A stretch of DNA of 31,809 nt. Source: a virus. The position numbers were made by a program, and so were the translations under genes. Below the pieces are notes generated by a model. The model was not told the DNA's origin and did not search any database. It saw only the letters and a list, made by a program, of their open reading frames with translations. Numbering within the stretch: the first letter of the stretch is position 1; the number at the start of each line of letters is the position of its first letter. Location: the IMG/VR virus record IMGVR_UViG_3300045988_016297. One strand, 5' to 3'. Below, piece by piece: positions 1-9,434 of the stretch.

Positions 1-55
1 AGATTCATGTATAGGGCGAATGGATAGCCAATGGCTGTAATTAAAATCATAGCTG
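1..55. repeat. Terminal 55-bp direct repeat, copy 1 (identical to 31755..31809)
   Basis: AGATTCATGTATAGGGCGAATGGATAGCCAATGGCTGTAATTAAAATCATAGCTG occurs at both window ends. This looks like a circular-contig overlap rather than a biological repeat. Confidence 0.9.
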
Positions 56-251
56 TGTGACTTACTAGCCCTTTTCTCCATTTTCTACTTGAGAACTCAT
101 GGTAGGCCCATGCTCTAGCTACACCTAAAACGATATCTAGAGCCACAATGGCCATCAAGAGAAATACAATCATGTGTTCATCAATTCCGTGATCATAGAA
201 GTCACGTACTACTTCGATAATTCCAAAGATTCCATCTGGTTCTTGATACAT
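1..251 (-). CDS. Holin (phi-LC3 / holin_4-like, multi-TM), N-terminal part. The gene is split by the window boundary and continues at 31550..31809.
   Basis: The ATG at 251 (minus strand) reads MYQEPDGIFGIIEVVRDFYDHGIDEHMIVFLLMAIVALDIVLGVARAWAYHEFSSRKWRKGLVSHTAMILITAIGYPF... with no stop down to base 1. Bases 1-55 equal 31755-31809 and join in frame to ORF 31550..31804, giving a 151-aa protein with hydrophobic helices and a Lys-rich tail. It lies just upstream of a second holin and the endolysin. Confidence 0.8.
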   Translation of the reverse strand, partial: MYQEPDGIFGIIEVVRDFYDHGIDEHMIVFLLMAIVALDIVLGVARAWAYHEFSSRKWRKGLVSHTAMILITAIGYPFALYMN

Positions 252-269
252 CAATCACACTCCATTCAA

Positions 270-941
270 TTAAGATTCAGGGTGTGCGACTGGTTGAGTT
301 TCAAGGTCTCCTGATGGTTTGTTTTGCTTCTCTTCTTTTGGGATTTCCCAATTATAGATTGCAAGCTTGCCATTTTGGAGCAGTGGGCCTTTCAAGTCTT
401 TGATTGATTCCCCGTTGTATGTGAAATCATAATTAACTTGCACGAGTACACGTTTTCCTTCACTGTATTGTTCATTGTGATCTGGATCAATCAAAGTGAA
501 GATATCATGTTCTTTGTAGGTCTTGCCTACTTGAGCAGCTTCCACAAGCTCAAGCGCTCGCTTGTAAAGAGTTGGATCAAGTGGATTGTCTTGATTAGTT
601 ACAGCTACAAGGACAGACCAGTCAGCAAGTGCTTTGTTATTTTGAATTAGGACATCTTTCTTTTCATTCTCCTGAGTGAGTTCTTGAATTTTCTGAATAG
701 CATCCTTATTGGCATCAACAGACTTGTCAAGTTCCTTCTTGAGTGCTACGATAGCGCCAGAAGGGTCCAGCTCCATGCGTACGATGTTCAATACTGCTTC
801 AACAAGTGTCGCATCATCTTCAGCCATGCGATTTGTTGGCAAAATTTCCTCGAATACACGGTATGGGAAATCTTGCTTGATTGCTACCTTGGTAGTGTTA
901 GCTACTGCATCGTATGATTTAAATTGTAATTTATAATCCAT
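270..941 (-). CDS. Hypothetical protein between the tail fibre and the lysis cassette (223 aa, central coiled coil)
   Basis: Long ORF whose ATG overlaps the stop of the upstream gene by 1 nt (TAATG). It is co-oriented with the tail module. I do not recognise a motif. Confidence 0.75.
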   Translation of the reverse strand: MDYKLQFKSYDAVANTTKVAIKQDFPYRVFEEILPTNRMAEDDATLVEAVLNIVRMELDPSGAIVALKKELDKSVDANKDAIQKIQELTQENEKKDVLIQNNKALADWSVLVAVTNQDNPLDPTLYKRALELVEAAQVGKTYKEHDIFTLIDPDHNEQYSEGKRVLVQVNYDFTYNGESIKDLKGPLLQNGKLAIYNWEIPKEEKQNKPSGDLETQPVAHPES

Positions 942-1162
942 TATTTAGTTACCTCGTTTTTGTTCTTAACTTCTTCAAACAGGTCTTTCAAATCTTTGTC
1001 AGATTCCAGAACAGAGCGATATGTTTCCAACTCTTGAATAAGCTGTGCTTTTTCCTGTTGCGCTTCAGTCAATCGTGCTTTGAATTCAGCCTCGTTGATT
1101 GACTTACTAGCTAATTGATTAGCTAGATCATTGATGATTAATACATAAGTGTTTTCTTTCAT
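941..1162 (-). CDS. Small coiled-coil protein (73 aa), tail-fibre-proximal
   Basis: GAAAGG RBS 7 nt upstream of the ATG. Heptad-rich sequence (AEFKARLTEAQQEKAQLIQELETYRS). Translationally coupled to the downstream ORF. Confidence 0.7.
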   Translation of the reverse strand: MKENTYVLIINDLANQLASKSINEAEFKARLTEAQQEKAQLIQELETYRSVLESDKDLKDLFEEVKNKNEVTK

Positions 1163-1174
1163 TTTTTTACCTTT

Positions 1175-4100
1175 CTAAATTCCAAACTTATCAAAATCCC
1201 GTAATGAATTTGCTACTGCATTTCTAATTGAACTATGAAGCGCTGTTCTCATAGACTTCCCATTTTGTGGTGTGAAGTCATCTGTTGCAAATCCTGCATT
1301 GACAAAGTGCTGAAGCGCTGTTCTGAGGGTTCTCAAAACTTGTCTGAGCCACACGCCATTGTTTCCGTTATTAATGAGTAGGAAGTCACCAGCTTGGATG
1401 TTGGTGTTCCTTCCATTTGTCCCGAATGGAGCGATTGTTGTTCCTCCCCAAGTGGTTATTCTCCAACCATAAGGATTGCTTCCCGTGGCTTTGTCATAAT
1501 CATAAGAGTGAGTAAAATTGAATCTATCGCCTACAAAAGTGACCTTATCTGCATTGTCATGATCTCCTGTCCCAACTCCTTTGATGGTATCAACAATCAT
1601 CCCATTAAATCCACCTTGGTTCCAGTGATTTCTGATGTCATTATCACGACGGTCAGCCCCAATAATAGCTTTTGAATTTATGTAGCGTCTTCCGTTTATT
1701 GTCACATTATCATTTCGGAAAAAAAGTCCTTGACTTGAAGCGTTTGTTTGATCACGGAAAACCCCTGTGAAATTATCGTATAATGACAATCGTCCATTGT
1801 CTAGATCAAAAATAGACACACCGGAATTTGCTGTCAGTCTTCCTCCACGGATATCATTTGCAGAAATTCCCACAGATGTCAGTTGAGTGATGAAAGCTCT
1901 CTGTGAAGCTAGTTCTCTGATAAATGCTTGATTTGATACAAACTTATTGATCATGGCAGAATCTACTAACAACTTATCTGCTGTTACTGCATTACTCGCA
2001 AGAATCTGAGTTGTTACTGATCCTGCTTCAAAATTACCTGTTTTAAGCTTGTCAACCATTGCAGATTTAATCACTGCGTTATCAATTAATGTATCGCCAG
2101 TGATGTGAGTAGCCCTACCAGTGATCCGATTCAAACCACTTGCTCCTAAATTGATACCAGAAATTAAATCTCCTGCGCTGTTTAAGTTTTGGATAGCATA
2201 CGATCCAGCAAGCTGTGTGACTTGCGTCCGTGTAGCCTCTGCCGTAGCTTGTGCCTGTCTGGCTTGCTCTGCGACTTGGATTGCCTTAGTTTGAGCGTCC
2301 TCTGCTTTTTCTTGAGCTGTTTGGGAGATTCCAGCGGCTTGATCTGCTCTAGCTTGAGCACCGATAGCAAGTTGTTTAGCCTCTGCCGTTGCGCCCGATA
2401 CTTCGCCAATTTTTGAAGTCATTTGTGATTCAAGCGCTTTTGTTTTTGCAAAAGCGTCATCAAACTGGCTAGGCTTGTAAGGCCCTGTGTTTGATCCACG
2501 GACAAGGATTGGTTCTTTGAACTCTATCCATCCATTTTTTGCCAAATAGATATAAAATGGATAGTTTGCGTCTTCGCCAAAAGCAAAATCTTCTTGGATG
2601 GTAAAAGTCTTCTGGAATTCCTGCCATTCTCCTAAAGGTGGTTTATTTTTGCCAATATCGGAAGATAAAAGGATTTTATTTAATCCGTGATTTTTTATGT
2701 TAAAGGCAAAAGAGCTATCTGGATACTCTTTGATACGGTATTTAAAACCAAGGGTGTATGTTTCACCGTGATAGATTTTCTTTACGTAAATTGGTAGCGA
2801 AAATCCAGACCAGTTGTAACCTGTCAATCCCTGCGCCTTTATTGTAAAAATACCATCACTAACAGATACGCTTGCCTTTGGATTGTTATTCCCAACAAGC
2901 GTATTTTTGTCCATCGTCATGGAATTAACAATCAAGTTGTTATCATCAGTGACATATTTCCCAACCTCTGTTTGAAATATCTGGCTAGACATGATCAAAC
3001 GTGACATTTTGTTTGGTAAATCAGATTCTGAAGTGCCTAAAACACGTTCATACAATGCTGAGTTCTCTCGAACTCGCTGGAAGTCAGATTGGTTGACTTT
3101 ACCGTTTAGCAAACTAGTGATTTCAGTGAATCTTCCATCAATACCTTGCTTGTAAGTAGATAACTTAGCATCTTGTTCACTTGTGAGTGCTTCAAATCTT
3201 CTTTCAACCGTTCTTGCATTCTCATTATAAGTTGCTTTGTTAATATAATTTGTTGATAGTTCTTCACGGACTGCGGTTATATTGGTTGATGTCTCATTTC
3301 TGACATAACGCTTCAGTTCTTCAGTACGGTTGCCATCGTTATCAACGTATGTCTTAATTTCAGCAATCTTAGTTGCAATTCCATCAGTTGTATTTACAAC
3401 TTCATTTAATTTAGTCCCGTACTGATTTTTAAAAGCATTGATTTCTTCTGATAATGTAGTTTGAGTTTTTTGTGCAGATTTCTTAAAATCAGCCAATTCT
3501 GATTTGATTTTATCATTGTTATCAATAGCATATAATGCTTGAGTTGATGCTTGTTGTGCCTTCTCAAATGCATTGTCAGCCGTGAAACGTACAGACCACA
3601 TTTGATTAAATGCAGCTTCTGCTTGTCCTTTGGCCTCTAAAATCTTACTGGATTGATTGTCTAATTCTGTTTCTATACGAAGATTGAAATCATTGAATCT
3701 TCCAGTGATCTGTGCTGAGATTTCTTCTTTGACTACTTCAGCTTGTGCTTTCGCCTGCTCAATGCCATCAGTGATCTCTTTTTCCAAAGCTCCTGCTTTG
3801 TCTTCAAGAGCCCTGTTGGCATTATCAACCAATATTTTCAATTTCTTGTGGTATTCATCATCCTCCTGAGTCTTTTGAACTGTATCAAGGATTTCAGATG
3901 CTATATCAGAAATTCCATTAGATCCTGACATGCCTCCACCATGACCGGCTTTGTCATCAAATGTAAGAGAGATATACTCTTCTGAAAGGGCATCAAAAAC
4001 ATAGCCTACAGCTTTCTTCTTCAGCATGACATCATGCTTCAAGCTCATGATGGTCACTGTGTCACCAAGATGAACAGTTTGACCATCTAGCTCATAAGCT

Positions 4101-4951
4101 TCAATTTTGATCTGATCAGTGGTTTTGTCAATATTTCCATTCTTGAATTTAGCTTCACCCCATTTTCTCAATTCTTCATCTGTAGTAAGATCATTGTTCT
4201 CATACTCAGCTTCATTTATATAAGGGTATTTGCTAATGAGGGGGCTGTCAACGGTAACTTTCAGAACCGTGTCTTTTTCTGCTCCTTCTGGCTTGAATGT
4301 TGATTTTAGATGTAGTCTTGTGATAATGCTGGAACTGCTCTTGTTCCGTTCATATTGCTTCAAGTTTTGATGTGTGGTGATTACCACACCACGATCAATG
4401 CCCCGACTCTTTGGAATATCAATCAGGAAGTTGTCACGAATCATCTCACCTTCCCAAGCACCAACAATGGAATGCTTACCATCCATCAGGATCTTATAAA
4501 GTGTTTCATCTTCAGTAGTGTTGAATGTTCTATTGTCCATGATGTTGCTTGAGAAGGAGAATTTCCCAAGTGGTGTCTTAACTGCTGAGATCATAGCATT
4601 CAAGGCGATTTGACAGGTTGAGTTTGAAACCTTGATAGGACGAACAGAGCGCTTGAAGATGTCTTCTGTGATGTGCTGACAAGTCAGACTTACTGTGTCA
4701 TCTTGCTCGCTGATCTCCTTGATCCGGAAAAGTTGCCGGCCAGTGATAGGAGTTGGGGCGATGATGAGCATGTCTTCCTGAAATTTCTTATAAATTTCAG
4801 TGTCTGTGATTGGGTAGTCAACTTTGAGCGTGTAGCTCATGTTGATTACTTCCTCAACTTCTGCTTTTGTCGCTTCGTGGAGCGGTTGCCCATTCCACTT
4901 CACTGTTTGAACATTTCTGTCTAATAGATATAGAATTATAACCACCCCCAA
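1175..4951 (-). CDS. Tail-associated lysin-type tip protein fused to fibre / receptor-binding modules (Tal/host-specificity protein, 1258 aa)
   Basis: It lies directly after Dit, and the N-terminus (..ILYLLDRN.., about 380 aa) is of the siphovirus Tal / prophage-tail family. This is followed by long coiled coils and a beta-rich CBM-like module (GYNWSGFSLPIYVKK...WIEFKEPILVRG). Next come an Ala/Gln-rich coiled coil and a C-terminal fibre/head region. The start is uncertain: the track uses TTG at 4951, and GTG at 4945 or a nearby ATT/ATA are also possible. Confidence 0.8.
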   Translation of the reverse strand: MGVVIILYLLDRNVQTVKWNGQPLHEATKAEVEEVINMSYTLKVDYPITDTEIYKKFQEDMLIIAPTPITGRQLFRIKEISEQDDTVSLTCQHITEDIFKRSVRPIKVSNSTCQIALNAMISAVKTPLGKFSFSSNIMDNRTFNTTEDETLYKILMDGKHSIVGAWEGEMIRDNFLIDIPKSRGIDRGVVITTHQNLKQYERNKSSSSIITRLHLKSTFKPEGAEKDTVLKVTVDSPLISKYPYINEAEYENNDLTTDEELRKWGEAKFKNGNIDKTTDQIKIEAYELDGQTVHLGDTVTIMSLKHDVMLKKKAVGYVFDALSEEYISLTFDDKAGHGGGMSGSNGISDIASEILDTVQKTQEDDEYHKKLKILVDNANRALEDKAGALEKEITDGIEQAKAQAEVVKEEISAQITGRFNDFNLRIETELDNQSSKILEAKGQAEAAFNQMWSVRFTADNAFEKAQQASTQALYAIDNNDKIKSELADFKKSAQKTQTTLSEEINAFKNQYGTKLNEVVNTTDGIATKIAEIKTYVDNDGNRTEELKRYVRNETSTNITAVREELSTNYINKATYNENARTVERRFEALTSEQDAKLSTYKQGIDGRFTEITSLLNGKVNQSDFQRVRENSALYERVLGTSESDLPNKMSRLIMSSQIFQTEVGKYVTDDNNLIVNSMTMDKNTLVGNNNPKASVSVSDGIFTIKAQGLTGYNWSGFSLPIYVKKIYHGETYTLGFKYRIKEYPDSSFAFNIKNHGLNKILLSSDIGKNKPPLGEWQEFQKTFTIQEDFAFGEDANYPFYIYLAKNGWIEFKEPILVRGSNTGPYKPSQFDDAFAKTKALESQMTSKIGEVSGATAEAKQLAIGAQARADQAAGISQTAQEKAEDAQTKAIQVAEQARQAQATAEATRTQVTQLAGSYAIQNLNSAGDLISGINLGASGLNRITGRATHITGDTLIDNAVIKSAMVDKLKTGNFEAGSVTTQILASNAVTADKLLVDSAMINKFVSNQAFIRELASQRAFITQLTSVGISANDIRGGRLTANSGVSIFDLDNGRLSLYDNFTGVFRDQTNASSQGLFFRNDNVTINGRRYINSKAIIGADRRDNDIRNHWNQGGFNGMIVDTIKGVGTGDHDNADKVTFVGDRFNFTHSYDYDKATGSNPYGWRITTWGGTTIAPFGTNGRNTNIQAGDFLLINNGNNGVWLRQVLRTLRTALQHFVNAGFATDDFTPQNGKSMRTALHSSIRNAVANSLRDFDKFGI

Positions 4952-5661
4952 TTAGTTTCAAAGACAAGTGATTGAATACCTGGTCCTAAAACCACACCAA
5001 CAGTCTTCTGACCTTGGTTAGCGTCAATTGTGATGAAGTCTCCTGACCACTTCACCAGATTCCCTTTCTTATCAAGAAAACTTGGATTCTGTGGGTCATT
5101 CACCATCACAGCGCTCTCAGATAGTTGTTCAAGCTTGATGGTTTGCTTTCCAATCGTGAAGCTAGTCTCAGATGAGCTATTTCCTCTAATTATGATTTTA
5201 GGGAACGCTAGTGAGCTACCTTGTAGCCTGATAACACCATTTGAGGTGAGAGTTTGAACATCGTTGTTCTTCATGTATTTTGTAGGGTGACAAACAAATG
5301 TCACCTCTAAAGAATACATTTTAGTTTTATCTCTCTGAGTGTCAGACACCTTTGTCTGATAGCAGAACCATCTTGTGAGCTTGTTCTGTTGATTCTCAAG
5401 CCAGAAATTCCTTTTTGAGAGAAATTGGACAAATTCAAGGACTTGCAATTCTGTTGGGTTGATGAGCTGAAGAGTGTATTTTTTCTCAATCGCTTCCCTA
5501 TGAGGGTTTGACTGAACAATATATCCACTAACTCCATCATGGCTCAAAAGTTTGTCCTTTGAGAGACCTACTTGAATTGTAGGGCCTTCAAGCACGATCA
5601 CATCAAATGGAAATGATGAAGTTCCAACTCCATCAATAATCAATTCATTGTACTTTACCAT
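4936..5661 (-). CDS. Distal tail protein (Dit)
   Basis: 241-aa ORF between the tape measure and Tal. Its ATG overlaps the TMP stop. Size and position are typical of siphovirus Dit. Confidence 0.75.
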   Translation of the reverse strand: MVKYNELIIDGVGTSSFPFDVIVLEGPTIQVGLSKDKLLSHDGVSGYIVQSNPHREAIEKKYTLQLINPTELQVLEFVQFLSKRNFWLENQQNKLTRWFCYQTKVSDTQRDKTKMYSLEVTFVCHPTKYMKNNDVQTLTSNGVIRLQGSSLAFPKIIIRGNSSSETSFTIGKQTIKLEQLSESAVMVNDPQNPSFLDKKGNLVKWSGDFITIDANQGQKTVGVVLGPGIQSLVFETNWGWL

Positions 5662-8600
5662 GCAGGCGCTCCTCTCAATTCTCTCTGTCTCCTCAATTCA
5701 GCAGCTATCTTCTGAGATACCTTATTAGCGATCTTCTCAATATCTGCTTCTTCTCTGATGATGTTGTCAGAGATGTTGATGTTGATTACGGTTCCTTGTG
5801 GGTCCATTGTTTGGGCGATGCCACGGCCAATGGCGCTCAAGTTCCGTTCATTCAGTGGTAGGACTGCTTCTTTTCCGGCTTCTCCACCAACCATCAAGCT
5901 GTTTCCGTTCATGCCAAATGCTGTGGGCTTGGTTAAGATCCCACCTTTGGCATACCAGTCAATGCCAATGCTTGGAATTCCTTTACCTTTCAGCCAGTCC
6001 AATGGGTTCAGTGACCCACTGGCCTTAAAGTGAGGTAGTGGGATGTGTGGCCACTTAAATTGAAAATTGAAGAAGCCTTTAATGGCATTGATAGCATTCC
6101 CTACTAGATCTTTGGCTCCATTGATAGCACCCCCAATTGTGTCTTTGATCCCGTTCCAAATGCTTGATGCAGTGGAGCTGATTCCATTCCAAATTCCTGA
6201 AATCGTGCTTGAAATTCCGTTGAATACGCTTGAAACTGTACTAGAAATTCCGTTCCAGATTCCTGATAGAGATGAGCTGATCCCATTCCAAATGCTTGAT
6301 GCAGTGCTTGAAATAGTATTCCAGATGTTAGATAGAATCTGAGCCATTGCATTGAATACAGACTCACAGATACTTTTGATCCCGTTCCAGATACTTTCTC
6401 CAATCCCTTTGATGGACTCCCAAGCTCCAGACCAGTCACCGTTGATGATTTGCATCACAGTCTTAATGATGCCTAATACCACGTTGATGGCTGTTTCTAC
6501 AACGGTTTTGATAGTCTCCCAGACCGTTGAAATTACGGTTGAAATATTATTCCATGCAGTTTCAATGAATGGTCCAAGGACATTCATGATTGTGGTGATA
6601 GTTGCAGAAATAGCATTCCAGACGGTCTCTGCTGTCTGTCTAATCAGTTGTTGATTATCATTCCACCAGCTTGTCAGTGTCCCCCAAATTTGCATTACAA
6701 AATCAGAGATAGCTTTGACAATTGTGTTGATGACTGACATGATAGCATTCCAAACTGTTTCAACAGCGTTCCTGAATCCCTCATTGGTTTCCCACAAGTG
6801 TTTGATGACCAAGACTATTCCTGTGACTGCTGCAATAACAGCGGCTATCACTGCGATGATTGGCAATGCAGCAGCTATCAGCCCTCCTATACTTGTCCCC
6901 ACAGCTACAGCAGCCGCCTGAAGGGCAAGGAAGATTGGTGCAAGTACACCGGCCACTGTTACAATTGTTCCAAAAACCACAACAAAGTTTTTGATGGGTC
7001 CGGGTAAGTTGTTGATCCATTCTGCGACTTTTTTGAAGACATCCACAATGATGTCAAGGGCAGGGGCGAATGTTTCAGCAATAGCTCCACCGACTTCAGC
7101 CATAACGATTTTTAAACCATTTTGGGCAGTGGTGAATTTATCAATAGGATCAAGGGTGCTTTCGTAAGTATTTGAAACAACTCCTGTTGCATCTTCAGCT
7201 GTTCCCCTTAGCTTATCGAAACTCAAGGCACCACGCTTGATGGCATCTATCATTTGAGGGGCTTTCTTAGCTCCAAAGATTTCCATAGCGATCCCCATTG
7301 CCTCTGTCTCTGATTTGCTGTTCTTGATGGCTTCGATGGTCTCTTTGAGACCTTCCTTCATGGTCTTTCCTTTTTTGGTGTAGACTCCTGCTGCCTTTGT
7401 CATTCCTGACAATGCTGCTGATGAGTCAACCCCACGCTGTTCAAGCTGACCAATCAGGGCGACAGCTTCATCAAATTCAAGACCAAGCATCTTGATTTGA
7501 GGCGCTCCATCTGTTGCTTTTTTCATCAGATCATCAACAGAAACCCCTGTGGATTGTGCCACATAAGTGGTAGTATCAAGTACATCAGATAGATAGTCAA
7601 CAGAATACCCATAGGCTTCCAATGCTTGTTTTGACTGGATTGTTGCGTTTGTGATGTCAGATCCGTTTATTTCTGCGAATTTGATCATGTCAACAGATGT
7701 GGTCTTGAGTGCATCTCCTGTCAAGCCAAATTGAGTATTGACTTCACCAACCGCATTCCCGATCTTGCTGAAATCTGTAGGGATTTCAGTTGCTATGCCA
7801 TTGGCAATTCCTTGCATCTGTTCAAGGGACTTCCCACTTGCACCAGTTTTGGTAACAATAGTGTCCATTCCCTCATCAATTTCCCGGAACGCATCAAGGG
7901 CGCTCTTACCAAAATCAACCAACTTTTGACTAATTTCAGATAGCTTTTCAGAGAATTGATTCAACAATTCAGCTTTTAGAAGCCTATTTGTTTCTTCAAG
8001 ACCGCTACTAGCTTTCTTTCCTGACTCGCCCAGATTTTCCATTTCATTGGCAAGCCCGTTGAAGGCGGCCTTGGACTCATTCAGTTGAGTTTCTAGCTTA
8101 TTGACTTCTGTTGAGTTCTCGCCATACTCTTGTTTTGCAAGAGCCAATTGTTTTTCAAGGTTTTCAATCTGTTGGGCGACAATCTCGCTTTGCTTCCCAA
8201 TCTTCTGTTCAGCAAGGGCAAGCTTATCTGCTTCACTAGCATTGGAACCCATTTGGCTTTCTTGTAACTTGAATGAGCTGACAACTTTGTCACCTTCACT
8301 TGCAAGGCGCTGTTGCTCATTTTGAAGCTCTTTCAGTTGTTCCCGGTTGGACTTGGTAGCATTACCATTTCCATCTAATGCCTTATTGACATTCTCAAGC
8401 TTGTTCTCATAGCCCTTCAGGATGTTCTCTGTCTGGACCACTTCCCGTTGAAATGCACGGTATTGATCAGCACCAATGTCACCGCTCTTGAATTGAGCTT
8501 CAACTTGTGCCTGTGCCTGCCTCAATGTTTCCAATTTTTCTTTGGTAGTTGAGACTTGCTTTTGAAGGACTTCTTGTTTTTGAGCCAATAGGGTCACGTT

Positions 8601-8747
8601 CCCTGTATCAAATTTCAGAGCCTTGTCAATGCTCTTCAATTCTTTTGCTGCTTCAATAGAGGCAGAATTTACTTTTTTCAGGGCATTTTGAAGGGGCTGT
8701 GTGTCACCGCCAATTTCAATTTTTATCCCTTTAATATTACCGGCCAT
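5655..8747 (-). CDS. Tape measure protein
   Basis: About 1030 aa. The likely start is the ATG at 8747 (MAGNIKG), preceded by AAAGGAGG; the track's GTG at 8762 overlaps that RBS. It has an N-terminal coiled coil, a central hydrophobic TM-like block and 11-residue W/F periodic repeats. The C-terminal motif is ...GIDWYAKGGILTKPT.... It lies downstream of the G/GT chaperones. Confidence 0.92.
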   Translation of the reverse strand: MAGNIKGIKIEIGGDTQPLQNALKKVNSASIEAAKELKSIDKALKFDTGNVTLLAQKQEVLQKQVSTTKEKLETLRQAQAQVEAQFKSGDIGADQYRAFQREVVQTENILKGYENKLENVNKALDGNGNATKSNREQLKELQNEQQRLASEGDKVVSSFKLQESQMGSNASEADKLALAEQKIGKQSEIVAQQIENLEKQLALAKQEYGENSTEVNKLETQLNESKAAFNGLANEMENLGESGKKASSGLEETNRLLKAELLNQFSEKLSEISQKLVDFGKSALDAFREIDEGMDTIVTKTGASGKSLEQMQGIANGIATEIPTDFSKIGNAVGEVNTQFGLTGDALKTTSVDMIKFAEINGSDITNATIQSKQALEAYGYSVDYLSDVLDTTTYVAQSTGVSVDDLMKKATDGAPQIKMLGLEFDEAVALIGQLEQRGVDSSAALSGMTKAAGVYTKKGKTMKEGLKETIEAIKNSKSETEAMGIAMEIFGAKKAPQMIDAIKRGALSFDKLRGTAEDATGVVSNTYESTLDPIDKFTTAQNGLKIVMAEVGGAIAETFAPALDIIVDVFKKVAEWINNLPGPIKNFVVVFGTIVTVAGVLAPIFLALQAAAVAVGTSIGGLIAAALPIIAVIAAVIAAVTGIVLVIKHLWETNEGFRNAVETVWNAIMSVINTIVKAISDFVMQIWGTLTSWWNDNQQLIRQTAETVWNAISATITTIMNVLGPFIETAWNNISTVISTVWETIKTVVETAINVVLGIIKTVMQIINGDWSGAWESIKGIGESIWNGIKSICESVFNAMAQILSNIWNTISSTASSIWNGISSSLSGIWNGISSTVSSVFNGISSTISGIWNGISSTASSIWNGIKDTIGGAINGAKDLVGNAINAIKGFFNFQFKWPHIPLPHFKASGSLNPLDWLKGKGIPSIGIDWYAKGGILTKPTAFGMNGNSLMVGGEAGKEAVLPLNERNLSAIGRGIAQTMDPQGTVININISDNIIREEADIEKIANKVSQKIAAELRRQRELRGAPAW

Positions 8748-8861
8748 ATTTCCTCCTTTCACATAAAAATATAAAGAGCGCCTAAAGGATTCTTGTGATC
8801 AATCGTCCATCTATTCAATGAACTTGACCTCAGATTCTTCCTCTCAGCACTCTATTTCAGA

Positions 8862-9424
8862 CTAGAATGAGTCAAAATCTGACTGTGTGGCCTTGCGTGT
8901 CTCTGATTTGTTTTCAGTACGCAAATTCACATAATCTGTTTGGTAATCTAGAGCCATTCCAATAGAAATGTGCTTCAGATCATCAATTGTAAGCCCGGTC
9001 TCTTTACAGCAAGAAAGGTAGGATTCTACTGTAAAGATTTCATCACTGGCTGATTCTGACTCATCTGGTTTTTTTTTGATGTCATCGTGTCGTTGATCAT
9101 TTCCATTAGAATTGGAGCGATGTCCTGTAATGGAAATTCCTCCATCTCCATGAAAAATTGTTCATAAGGCTTGATGTGTGGATTCCCTGATTTAACGAAA
9201 ACCCAAAACAAGCGATTGAAGAAGGTCATGTCAAAGTTGGCCAGCATGTTGATGTCAACTTCATTGTTGCCATTCTCAGCCATTGCCATGATATTTTGGT
9301 TTGAGAGCATTCCAAATAAATCTTGGAAGAAATCTTTCCCAAACTCACTCTTATAAGCGATAGGAGTGTAAGCATTGGTTACAAGCTCATACTCCTTTTC
9401 ACTAATGATCACACTCTTACGCAT
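8862..9424 (-). CDS. Tail assembly chaperone fusion (gpGT-like) made by a programmed -1 frameshift
   Basis: After the A9 run, the -1 frame stays open: ...KKKPDESESASDEIFTVESYLSCCKETGLTIDDLKHISIGMALDYQTDYVNLRTENKSETRKATQSDFDSF, ending at a TAG at 8862-8864. This fills the otherwise non-coding gap before TMP. Confidence 0.75.
9026..9424 (-). CDS. Tail assembly chaperone (gpG-like, 0-frame product)
   Basis: 132-aa ORF between the major tail protein and TMP. GGAGG RBS 6 nt upstream of the ATG. It contains the slippery run near its 3' end. Confidence 0.85.
   Translation of the reverse strand: MRKSVIISEKEYELVTNAYTPIAYKSEFGKDFFQDLFGMLSNQNIMAMAENGNNEVDINMLANFDMTFFNRLFWVFVKSGNPHIKPYEQFFMEMEEFPLQDIAPILMEMINDTMTSKKNQMSQNQPVMKSLQ
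9069..9077 (-). promoter_or_regulatory. Slippery sequence for the G/GT -1 ribosomal frameshift (A9 run, ...ACA UCA AAA AAA AAC C...)
   Basis: Nine consecutive T on the plus strand (A on the mRNA) sit 13 codons before the 0-frame stop. The -1 frame is open for about 70 codons beyond it. Confidence 0.7.
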
Positions 9425-9434
9425 TTAAGACCTC

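Noticed and set aside
438-917. Plus-strand ORFs (70-77 aa) inside the 270-941 gene. There are many similar plus-strand ORFs inside the structural genes, for example 1394-1675, 3657-3928, 5758-6033, 13592-14011 and 21542-21904.
   Set aside because: These are shadow ORFs antisense to long, well-supported minus-strand genes. They have no RBS, low-complexity or Cys/Ser-rich translations and no gene-order logic.
2182-2416. Two overlapping 75-aa ORFs, one on each strand
   Set aside because: This is an artefact of the low-complexity Ala/Gln-coding DNA inside the Tal/fibre gene.
6104-7020. Alternative-frame ORFs within the tape measure gene (6104-6439, 6781-7020, 6715-6921, 6798-7007)
   Set aside because: They arise from the 33-nt tandem repeats and the hydrophobic-block codon bias. 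They are entirely embedded in the TMP reading frame.
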